DNA of 64,000 nucleotides from a bacterium (GTDB lineage Bacteria; Babelota; Babeliae; Babelales; JABGSX01): NCBI GenBank assembly GCA_018647505.1, contig JABGSX010000006.1, positions 245 to 64,244 of the forward strand, read 5' to 3'. Shown piece by piece: positions 56,406 to 64,000 of this stretch (position 1 is its first letter; each line of letters starts with the position of its first letter). The notes under the pieces were generated by a model. It saw only the letters and a program-made list of their open reading frames with translations, ran no database searches and was not told where the DNA came from. The position numbers and the translations under genes were made by a program.

Positions 56406-58661
56406 ATGAAAAAATTATTAATAGTTGAGTCCCCTGCAAAAATAAAAACAATATCTAAATTCCTAGGTAACGATTTTAAGATTATGTCCACAGTTGGGCA
56501 CATAAAAGATCTTCCAATTAAAAAACTGGGAGTTACTCTTGGCGATCCAATTCAACTTGAATACGACACAATTGAAAACAAGGCCAAAGTAATAGCTGGT
56601 ATTTGTAAAGAAGCCTCAACAGCTGATGAAGTCTTTTTGGCTCCAGATCCAGACCGAGAGGGTGAAATTATCGCCTGGCACATTGGTCAAGAAATAGAAA
56701 AGGTAGTCAAAGACAAAAATAAAATTCATAGGATTTCCTTTAACGAAATTACCAAAGAAGCTATTGAAAAGTCTATTGAAGATCCACACAAGGTAGACCT
56801 AAATAAAGTCCGCGCACAACAAGCAAGAAGAGTCTTGGACAGATGGGTCGGATACGAAGTATCTCCAATACTTTGGCAAAAAATAACAAAAGGTCTTTCC
56901 GCGGGTAGAGTTCAATCAGTTGCTCTTAGAATGATTTGTGATCGAGAAGATCAAATTAAAAATTTTAAGCCTGAAGAATACTGGAGCATCGGTGGAACAT
57001 TTAACACAGATGACGATAATCAAGTTGTTGCATTACTAACACATATTAGCAGCAAAAAAGCAAAAATTACTAATGAAAAAAAAGTAAAAGAGATTCTCTC
57101 CGAGCTAAAAAATACAGATTTTTCTATAAAATCCATAGAGGACAAAAAACGGACAAAAAATCCGCTTCCTCCTTTCATGACAAGTACATTACAACAAGCA
57201 GCAGTAAATCAACTTGGTTTTTCTGTGAAAAAAACAATGACGGTCGCTCAACAATTGTATGAAGGTGTATCTCTACAAGATCCAACAAATCCAGTGGCAC
57301 TTATTACATACATGAGAACAGATTCTTTAAGAATATCTGATACAGCAATAAAACAGGCAAGATCTGTCATACCAAAACAATACGGAAATGAATACTTGCC
57401 AGCAAGAGCAAACACTTACGAAAGAGGCAAGAAAAGTAAAGCTAAAACACAAGATGCACACGAAGCAATTCGCCCAATTAATATTTCAATATCTCCTGCA
57501 CAAATTCGGCCTTTTGTATCAGACGATATTTTAAAACTTTATGATATAATTTGGAGACGCTTTGTTTCATGTCAAATGACACCAGCGCTATACGCACAAA
57601 GAGTTGTCACTATAAAAGGTGGCAAATATACTTTTGGCGTAACCGGTTCAACTCTTTTGTTCGACGGTTTTTTAAAAGTTTACAAACCAGAAGAAACAGA
57701 AAAAGATCAAAAGGTTATCATTCCTGATGGTATACGCGCCAATGAACCAGTCTCTCTAAAAAAAGTTGACCCGAAACAACACTTTACTCAACCACCAGCA
57801 AAATACACAGAAGCATCATTGGTTAAGGAAATGGAACAACAAGGAATTGGTCGACCAAGTACATACTCCGCAACTTTGAGTACAATTCAAACAAGACAAT
57901 ATGTAATCAAAGAAAAAAAGAAGTTTTCTCCGACAGAACTTGGCTACAAAGTCAACAATATGCTCGTAGAAAATCTTCCAAAAATAATGGACTATAAATT
58001 TACGGCATTGATGGAAGAAGACCTTGATAAAATTGCTCAGGGAGAAATGGGCCGAGACGATCTTCTTAATGAATTCTACGAAACATTTGAAAAAGATTTA
58101 AAACAGTTTCAAGGAACAATTGGAAGCAAAAAAACATTACAGGTAACATCTATTTCGTGTCCAAAATGCAAAGACGGCAAACTTGCAATTCGAATTGGAA
58201 AAAACGGAGAATTTGTAGGATGCACAGAATTTCCAACCTGTACGTTCACATCAAACTTTAAGAAAAATTCCGACGGAGAAATAGAAATAATAGCCAATCA
58301 GGGACCAAAGCTTCTTGACGAAAAATGTCCAGAATGCTCAAGGCAATTGCGAGAAATTCCAGGAAGGTTTGGACCATTCACAGCTTGCTCAGGGTACCCA
58401 GAATGCAAATACGTGCACGCTGTTAAGGCACAGTTTCCTTGTCCTTCTTGCAAGGGAGACGTTGTCAAGAAAAATTGGAGAGGTGGTGTTTTATGGGGAT
58501 GCAAAAACTATCCAAAATGTACTTTTGCTGTTTTTGGGGATATAGAAGAAACACCATGTCCAGAATGCAAATCACCATTTTTGACAAAGAAAACTTATAA
58601 GGCTGGCAGCACAATACTGACATGTTTTAACAAAAAATGCAGCTACAAAAACGAAGAATAA
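56406..58661 (+). CDS. topA: DNA topoisomerase I
   Basis: 751 aa. Toprim N-terminus MKKLLIVESPAKIKTISKFLG, active-site Tyr region ITYMRTDS, four C-terminal C4 zinc ribbons. Confidence 0.97.
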   Translation: MKKLLIVESPAKIKTISKFLGNDFKIMSTVGHIKDLPIKKLGVTLGDPIQLEYDTIENKAKVIAGICKEASTADEVFLAPDPDREGEIIAWHIGQEIEKVVKDKNKIHRISFNEITKEAIEKSIEDPHKVDLNKVRAQQARRVLDRWVGYEVSPILWQKITKGLSAGRVQSVALRMICDREDQIKNFKPEEYWSIGGTFNTDDDNQVVALLTHISSKKAKITNEKKVKEILSELKNTDFSIKSIEDKKRTKNPLPPFMTSTLQQAAVNQLGFSVKKTMTVAQQLYEGVSLQDPTNPVALITYMRTDSLRISDTAIKQARSVIPKQYGNEYLPARANTYERGKKSKAKTQDAHEAIRPINISISPAQIRPFVSDDILKLYDIIWRRFVSCQMTPALYAQRVVTIKGGKYTFGVTGSTLLFDGFLKVYKPEETEKDQKVIIPDGIRANEPVSLKKVDPKQHFTQPPAKYTEASLVKEMEQQGIGRPSTYSATLSTIQTRQYVIKEKKKFSPTELGYKVNNMLVENLPKIMDYKFTALMEEDLDKIAQGEMGRDDLLNEFYETFEKDLKQFQGTIGSKKTLQVTSISCPKCKDGKLAIRIGKNGEFVGCTEFPTCTFTSNFKKNSDGEIEIIANQGPKLLDEKCPECSRQLREIPGRFGPFTACSGYPECKYVHAVKAQFPCPSCKGDVVKKNWRGGVLWGCKNYPKCTFAVFGDIEETPCPECKSPFLTKKTYKAGSTILTCFNKKCSYKNEE

Positions 58662-58663
58662 TA

Positions 58664-60559
58664 CTATAAACCTTCGATAATAATCGTTGATTTTTTGTAT
58701 AACTCAAAAGGCATTACAGCTCTAAGAGCTCTTGTCTTTTGGACTTCCCCGTATTCTTTTGATGCAAAGGCTAGAGCCTCGTTAAATTTAATGTTCTCAG
58801 AACTAATCCGGATCAACGGATCACCACCACAACTTAGAATCCATCCGTTTTTATCTTTTTTTGTTTCAATAGCACTGTCTAACGTAAAATTCCAACACAC
58901 TTGAGGATACGCTCTTTGACAGGTTCCAATACATGTCCACCAATCCGTTATTTTAAATACTTTATCTGTCTCGTTTAAATTAAGGTCTCTATGTGCCCGA
59001 AGCTCAAACACACCGTACAAATCATGTTCAAGAGAAAAATGTTTATCATTATTTATTTGTGCCGGAATCTCCAGCGCAAACAACCTATAGTCAAACGGAA
59101 CAAATTCTAATCCGTCCAAGAAAAACGTATTGTGAACAACCACAGAACGCATATGATTGCGCCATACTTCTGAAGGTGTATACAAATATGTTCCCGGGTC
59201 TATAAAAATATCTTTACCCTTGTAAGCCAAGGTAACACTACCAACGTCATTATGAAAATGTCCTGATGGTTGGTACTGATCATATGCATGATGGCGCAAT
59301 GTAATGTGCCAATCATTTTTCTTCAAAACAGACAAACCAAATCTAGGGTAAAATTCTTTTGTTTTTTTATTTTTAGATTTAAATTCGTTGACCAATTTTT
59401 CTGTAATACTGTAGTACATAATACGACCAGAATCATTGTCTCCTATTTTCACAAACTTCCCAGGCGAAGAACTACACATGTCAATAAAGTCATACATACG
59501 CGACAACTTATCAACAAAAAACGTTGAAAATGGAAACGCTAGTTCTCTTCCAAGCAAATAAAAATGCGAAAATATTTCAGTAACTAATTTATGATATCCT
59601 GTGGAACCTTCGTAATCGGTCCCTTCCTCAAATACTTGCTTTTCAAACTCTCGTAATAATTCTTGATAACACCAACGAGTTTTGTCCTTTACTCCAGGAA
59701 TGTCTGAAAATACTAAACACAAATAAAAGTACCCAATTAGATCTGAAATATAATGATTGGAAGTCAATGAATCATAAACTTCCCAGTTGTTTTCAAGATA
59801 GAAAAAATGGTCATACATAGAACACAAAAATTTTTCCCAAAATTTTGGCGAAACCGAGTCTGAGCTCTTGAAAAACATCAATCCCCAAACAAAGTTAATT
59901 GACCTGATGCCAACATCCATAGGACAAACCCAATTTGGGCCAAGTAGAAACTGATTGTTTTCCATCCAATCAGAAACTTGCTCTACAAAAGCTTTTGTAT
60001 ATTTTTCATCTTGCGTAAGTTCATACGCTTGGCCAATAACAAATAAATGGTAAAATCTAGAAAGTTCCCAAGGAACTTTTATGTCTTTTGCAAATGTTTT
60101 TGTTTTTCCACTTTTTATGTGAATGTCTTTGTAATAAGCATCTTTATCGAAAGACGTTTTTGCAAGCTTATTTTGTTGTTTTAACCTGAAGTCATCATTC
60201 CATGGAATACTATCAAACGTACGTTTACCTGAACCCAATATTTCAAATGTTTTGTTTACAAATTCATCTGCTTGCTTGATAACATCGTTCTTATCAAAAT
60301 CATTTATTGGATAAAGTTCTTCAAGACAAGAAAGCTTTTTTCTAGAAATTGTTTTGAAAAACTCATCGAAATTTTTTGGGAATCCATGTCTTTTAACAAG
60401 CGAAAGCCAAGTGGATCCAGCCTCATTTTTTTTCGCCATATAACGCCAGTAGTGATTAAAGCATCCGGTCTTAATACGGTTTTCTAAAATATGAAAGCTT
60501 CTTCTTGGTCCCAATTTTATAAACTGTTTTCCACAACGTCGAAGTTTTGCAAAATTCAT
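58664..60559 (-). CDS. Heparinase II/III-like (polysaccharide-lyase-fold) protein
   Basis: 631 aa. ATG with SD GGGGAA. The ...PSGHFHNDVGSVTLAYKGKDIFIDPGTYLYT block resembles the heparinase II/III C-terminal family pattern (from memory). Confidence 0.65.
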   Translation of the reverse strand: MNFAKLRRCGKQFIKLGPRRSFHILENRIKTGCFNHYWRYMAKKNEAGSTWLSLVKRHGFPKNFDEFFKTISRKKLSCLEELYPINDFDKNDVIKQADEFVNKTFEILGSGKRTFDSIPWNDDFRLKQQNKLAKTSFDKDAYYKDIHIKSGKTKTFAKDIKVPWELSRFYHLFVIGQAYELTQDEKYTKAFVEQVSDWMENNQFLLGPNWVCPMDVGIRSINFVWGLMFFKSSDSVSPKFWEKFLCSMYDHFFYLENNWEVYDSLTSNHYISDLIGYFYLCLVFSDIPGVKDKTRWCYQELLREFEKQVFEEGTDYEGSTGYHKLVTEIFSHFYLLGRELAFPFSTFFVDKLSRMYDFIDMCSSSPGKFVKIGDNDSGRIMYYSITEKLVNEFKSKNKKTKEFYPRFGLSVLKKNDWHITLRHHAYDQYQPSGHFHNDVGSVTLAYKGKDIFIDPGTYLYTPSEVWRNHMRSVVVHNTFFLDGLEFVPFDYRLFALEIPAQINNDKHFSLEHDLYGVFELRAHRDLNLNETDKVFKITDWWTCIGTCQRAYPQVCWNFTLDSAIETKKDKNGWILSCGGDPLIRISSENIKFNEALAFASKEYGEVQKTRALRAVMPFELYKKSTIIIEGL

Positions 60560-60652
60560 AATCTATTCCCCAAAAAAGTAAGTAATCTTTTACGTCTAGC
60601 ACAGTATTACCACAATATATAAAATGCCGCAACAAAATAGATAAAATGTGTA

Positions 60653-62593
60653 CTAACGCAACTTCTGACCAGATAAAACCGGACCACTTACTGTAATAAA
60701 TTGCATAGTTTTTTTCTCATCTTCCGCAACGAACATCATTCCACAAGATTCTATACCCATTATTTTTCTAGGCTTAAGATTGATAACAAAAACACCTTGC
60801 TTGCCAATTAAATCTTGTGCATCATAAAACTTTTTTACACCTGCCAAAATTTGACGCTCACCCTTTGGACCAAAATCAACCAATAATTTAAACAATTTAT
60901 CCGAACCCTCAATCTCATCGCATTTGGTTATTGTACCAACACACAGCTCAACCTTTGCCAAATCCTCAATTGAAATATATTCGTCTTTTTTAACTTCCTC
61001 TTTTCCCTCTTCTTGCACGGAGCTATCCTTTTTCTTAGAAACATACTTTTTAAAAATTGGCTCTATTTTTTTTAGAGTAAATGTATTATTCCACTCATTT
61101 TTCAAAAACACATCAAATTCAAGCGCATTCGAATCAAAATGAACAGATAAGGCTCCAAGAAGTTCGCTCATCTTTTTGGGCATCACAGGCCACAAAAGTA
61201 CGGAAATCGTATATAAACTGTGGCAAGTTGCTGAAATTATTTGTGCAAATTGTTTTTTGTCCAGTTTTGCTTGTTTCCACGGTTCTTGGTCATGAAAATA
61301 AGCATTTACCTGATTAATAAATTTCCACACATGAGAAAGCGCAATATGAAAATAAAACTCATTCATGTGTTTTGTAAACAATTGGATAGCCTGTATTGCA
61401 TTCTCTTGTAGTTTTTTGCTTTCTTCAGACCAATCTTCTGCAGGCTTAACATTAAGGCAATCATTTTTTTCTGCCAAAATTATCACTCTGTTCAAAAGAT
61501 TACCAAGGTCATTTGCCAAATCAGTTGAAAGTCGTTTTTCTAAGTCATCGATATCAAAATCAGAGTCCTGTGTAATTGCCATATATCTGGACAAATAATA
61601 ACGAATAGAGTCTGCACCATAATCTGAAAGCAGCTCATTTGGTTCAACAACATTTGAACGTGATTTTGACATTTTTTTACCAGAAACTGTAATCCACCCA
61701 TGAATAAGCAAATTCTTTGGTGGCTCAAGGTCTGAAGCCATTAAAAATGCTGGCCAATAAACAGCATGAAACCTTAAAATATCTTTGCCCATAATTTGAC
61801 AATCTGCCGGCCACCATTTTTTAAATTCTTCTTGTTTATTTTTTTGTCCGTAGCCAATTCCGGTAATATAATTGTTTAATGCATCAGCCCAAACATAAGT
61901 TACATGTTTGTCATCACCAGGAAAAGGAACTCCCCAATTAATATTTGTCCTTGAAATACTCAAGTCTTTAAGCCCAGACTTAACAAAAGACACAACCTCA
62001 GCCAAACGTTCCTTTGGTACAACAAAATTTGGATTTTTTTTATAAAAATCAAGCAGCTTATCTTGATACTTTGAAAGTTTAAAAAAGTAACTTTCATCTT
62101 GAAGCTCAGCTGTCTCTCGCTCGCACACCGTACACAATGGAACATTGTTACCCTTTTTGCGTGATTCTGAAACATCATTGTCTGTCAAATAAGACTCACA
62201 CGGAGTACAATACCAACCTTTGTAAAATGATTTGTAAATATCCCCTTTTTTAATTAAATCGGATATCCATGATTGTACCGCTTTTACATGATAATCATCA
62301 GTTGTACGTATAAATTTGTTGTAATCAATGTCATATTTTTTCCACAAAGTTTTATACGATTCTATAAAACTATCAACAAATTCCTTTGGTTCTTTACCAA
62401 CCTTTTGAGCCGCTTGCATGATTTTTTGTCCATGTTCATCTGAGCCTGTCAAAAAAAATACCTGCTTTCCAGAAACCTTGTTCCATCTAGCAAGAATGTC
62501 AGCTAAAACTGTTGAATATAATGAGCCAAGATGTGGCTCAGAAGTTACATAGTAAAGAGGAGTTGTTACATAAAATTTATCTTTTTTATTCAT
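60653..62593 (-). CDS. metG: Methionyl-tRNA synthetase with C-terminal tRNA-binding domain
   Basis: HLGS (HIGH) and KMSKS motifs, zinc knuckles CTPCE/CTVCE, Trbp111/EMAP-like C-terminus. Start set at ATG 62593 (MNKKDKFYVTTPLYY). The ORF-track GTG at 62686 lies inside the upstream terminator hairpin. Confidence 0.96.
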   Translation of the reverse strand: MNKKDKFYVTTPLYYVTSEPHLGSLYSTVLADILARWNKVSGKQVFFLTGSDEHGQKIMQAAQKVGKEPKEFVDSFIESYKTLWKKYDIDYNKFIRTTDDYHVKAVQSWISDLIKKGDIYKSFYKGWYCTPCESYLTDNDVSESRKKGNNVPLCTVCERETAELQDESYFFKLSKYQDKLLDFYKKNPNFVVPKERLAEVVSFVKSGLKDLSISRTNINWGVPFPGDDKHVTYVWADALNNYITGIGYGQKNKQEEFKKWWPADCQIMGKDILRFHAVYWPAFLMASDLEPPKNLLIHGWITVSGKKMSKSRSNVVEPNELLSDYGADSIRYYLSRYMAITQDSDFDIDDLEKRLSTDLANDLGNLLNRVIILAEKNDCLNVKPAEDWSEESKKLQENAIQAIQLFTKHMNEFYFHIALSHVWKFINQVNAYFHDQEPWKQAKLDKKQFAQIISATCHSLYTISVLLWPVMPKKMSELLGALSVHFDSNALEFDVFLKNEWNNTFTLKKIEPIFKKYVSKKKDSSVQEEGKEEVKKDEYISIEDLAKVELCVGTITKCDEIEGSDKLFKLLVDFGPKGERQILAGVKKFYDAQDLIGKQGVFVINLKPRKIMGIESCGMMFVAEDEKKTMQFITVSGPVLSGQKLR

Positions 62594-62674
62594 TTGGCAC
62601 CCTTTTGTATAACAAAATGGATTTTTTGTATCTTGGAACTTAGAGTACCGCAAAAGAAAAATTTGCTCAAAAAA

Positions 62675-62699
62675 AAGGCCCCTCACAAGGAGGGGCCTT
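62675..62699 (-). terminator. Rho-independent terminator after the repeat-protein gene
   Basis: AAGGCCCCT (62675-62683) pairs with AGGGGCCTT (62691-62699). On the minus strand it is followed by a T-run. Confidence 0.8.
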
Positions 62700-62730
62700 T
62701 TAGGTTATTAACCCTTTCTTTTTTACTTAT

Positions 62731-64000
62731 TTATGCTTCATTCCAATCTGCAACAGCATCACCTTGTGCATATCCAGAAGCCATGTCTCCGACGGCTCCA
62801 ACTGCATAGGCATCATGCTGTGCAACAACCAAACGAACTTCTTTGTAAATTGACTTGAGCCAACCAAGGACAGAAGTCTGTGTGTTGCCAAGATCGGCAT
62901 GTCCCGTTAATAATGAATTGGTCCTAGCAGGAATAAACGTTGTTGTTCCTACACCAAGCTGCGTCCATGTTTCATTGAACTTGCCATCATACGCGGTCCA
63001 TGTTTCAGCAAACTTGTCATCATACGCAGTCCAAGTTGTTACAAACTTATCGTCATACGCTGTCCAAGTTTCTACGAACTTGTCGTTGTATGCTGTCCAA
63101 GTTTCAACAAACTTGTCGTTGTATGCGGTCCAAGTTTCAACAAACTTGTCATCATACGCAGTCCAAGTTGTTACAAACTTATCGTCATACGCAGTCCAAG
63201 TTGTATGGAAGCCTTCTGTAGCTAATGTCCATGTGCCACCAAAGTCACTTGTGCGGATCTTATCGAAGTTGGTTTGCAACATTGTCCAAGTTCCACCAAA
63301 GTCTGATGTTCTGATCTTGTCAACTTCTGTGTCAATCGTTACAACGTCAGCTGCCAATTCGTTAATAGCCGTTGTTAAATCGTCTGCGTCTGGATTTAAG
63401 TAATTAAAGTTAACATTACCAATTCGATCAAGAATCTCATTTACATGACCGAAAATAGATTCATCGCCATCACTTGCATCATCAGTTGGAATACCAATTC
63501 TACCAAACAATGTGTCTGTATCTGCTGCTGTGGCATCCGATTGTGAATCATTCCAATCGCCAACTCTATTAAGCACATCTTGAACCATTGTCCATGTAGC
63601 GCCAAAGTCTGTTGTTCTTATCTTGTCAACTTCAACAGCAATGCTGTCTACAACTGTATCGACTGTATCAACCTTATCTTCGATTGTGTCAACTACTGTT
63701 GCAATACTGTCTACAACTGTATCGACTGTATCAACCTTATCTTCGATTGTGTCAACTACTGTTGCAATACTGTCTACAACTGTATCAACTGTATCAATCT
63801 TGTCTTCGATTGTGTCGACTACTGTTGCAATACTGTCTACAACTGTATCTATCGTATCAACCTTGTCTTCGATTGTGTCAACTGTGTCGTAAATATGTTC
63901 AACGGAATCACCAATAAATCCGTACGGAGAGTCCTCAACATGAATCTCAGCCAAGATATCACTCAAATCTCCAAGAACCGTATTTTCCGTACTATGATTT
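62731..64000 (-). CDS. Large repeat protein, C-terminal 420+ aa (5' end beyond window); coiled-coil heptads plus Trp-rich 11-mers, fibre/adhesin-like
   Basis: The ORF-track start at 63966 is a TTG. The frame stays open to position 64000 (…NHSTENTVLGDLSDILAEI…). Contains four 21-aa VDTIEDKVDTVDTVVDSIATV units, three DKIRT.DFG.TWT units and seven TWTAYDDKFVE units. Confidence 0.8.
   Translation of the reverse strand, partial: NHSTENTVLGDLSDILAEIHVEDSPYGFIGDSVEHIYDTVDTIEDKVDTIDTVVDSIATVVDTIEDKIDTVDTVVDSIATVVDTIEDKVDTVDTVVDSIATVVDTIEDKVDTVDTVVDSIAVEVDKIRTTDFGATWTMVQDVLNRVGDWNDSQSDATAADTDTLFGRIGIPTDDASDGDESIFGHVNEILDRIGNVNFNYLNPDADDLTTAINELAADVVTIDTEVDKIRTSDFGGTWTMLQTNFDKIRTSDFGGTWTLATEGFHTTWTAYDDKFVTTWTAYDDKFVETWTAYNDKFVETWTAYNDKFVETWTAYDDKFVTTWTAYDDKFAETWTAYDGKFNETWTQLGVGTTTFIPARTNSLLTGHADLGNTQTSVLGWLKSIYKEVRLVVAQHDAYAVGAVGDMASGYAQGDAVADWNEA
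62963..63193 (-). repeat. In-frame 33-nt tandem repeat, 7 units
   Basis: Plus-strand units GTCCA[AT]GTT..ACAAACTT.TC.TCATACGC. at 62963, 62996, 63029, 63062, 63095, 63128 and 63161. Encodes TWTAY[DN][DG]KF.. Confidence 0.95.
63638..63889 (-). repeat. In-frame 63-nt tandem repeat, 4 units
   Basis: Units start with GCAAT[GA]CTGTCTACAACTG at 63638, 63701, 63764 and 63827. Units 1 and 2 differ at only one position by eye. Confidence 0.95.

Noticed and set aside
62594-62730. N-terminal extension of metG (ORF-track start at 62686) or a T-box leader
   Set aside because: The extension starts with a GTG inside the terminator hairpin of the upstream gene. An ATG with an AAGGG SD at 62593 gives the canonical MetRS N-terminus. 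The spacer is too short for a T-box.
63638-63889. Regular 63-nt repeats considered as a possible CRISPR array
   Set aside because: The units are directly tandem with no unique spacers, they are in frame within a long ORF, and they encode a heptad-periodic peptide. No cas genes are nearby.
62855-63917. Plus-strand ORFs (182, 73, 101 and 89 aa) over the tandem repeats
   Set aside because: They are antisense or shifted-frame readings of the 33-nt and 63-nt repeats. The periodic stop-free frames are a by-product of the repeat structure. The minus-strand frame is the only one continuous through the unique regions.

Overview
This is an AT-rich bacterial chromosome segment using the standard genetic code, with purine-rich Shine-Dalgarno sites and tightly packed, often overlapping genes. 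It looks like a reduced, probably host-associated bacterium with a Gram-negative-type envelope, but I cannot assign a taxon from the sequence alone. Backbone genes: rapZ (partial), glmS, rpsI, tRNA-Thr, a DksA/TraR-like gene, tadA, gyrB, tilS, dnaJ, sufC-B-D-S plus a displaced sufU, a pilB/gspE ATPase split by one in-frame stop, hup, tRNA-Cys, tRNA-Leu, lepB, an M23 peptidase, a batA-E-like cluster, plsC, topA and metG. Unusual content: (i) an archaeal-style upper mevalonate operon (HMG-CoA synthase, thiolase, DUF35, HMG-CoA reductase). (ii) Four tandem paralogs of a signal peptide + TPR + SAM-methyltransferase + unknown C-terminal domain protein, with a tilS fragment left as a duplication scar and a mosaic tract between paralogs. 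(iii) A ~6.7 kb array of 13 co-directional small secreted-protein genes (25.1-31.7 kb), visibly G+C-richer than its flanks. It includes a terminator-promoter-leader-signal-peptide module repeated three times in front of unrelated mature sequences, and I rate this array the best candidate for an undescribed system. (iv) A G+C-rich 579-aa protein with a paired-TM hairpin. (v) A partial fibre-like protein with 63-nt and 33-nt in-frame tandem repeats at the window end. I saw no rRNA, CRISPR array, transposase or integrase. All domain calls come from motif recognition by eye, not from database searches.
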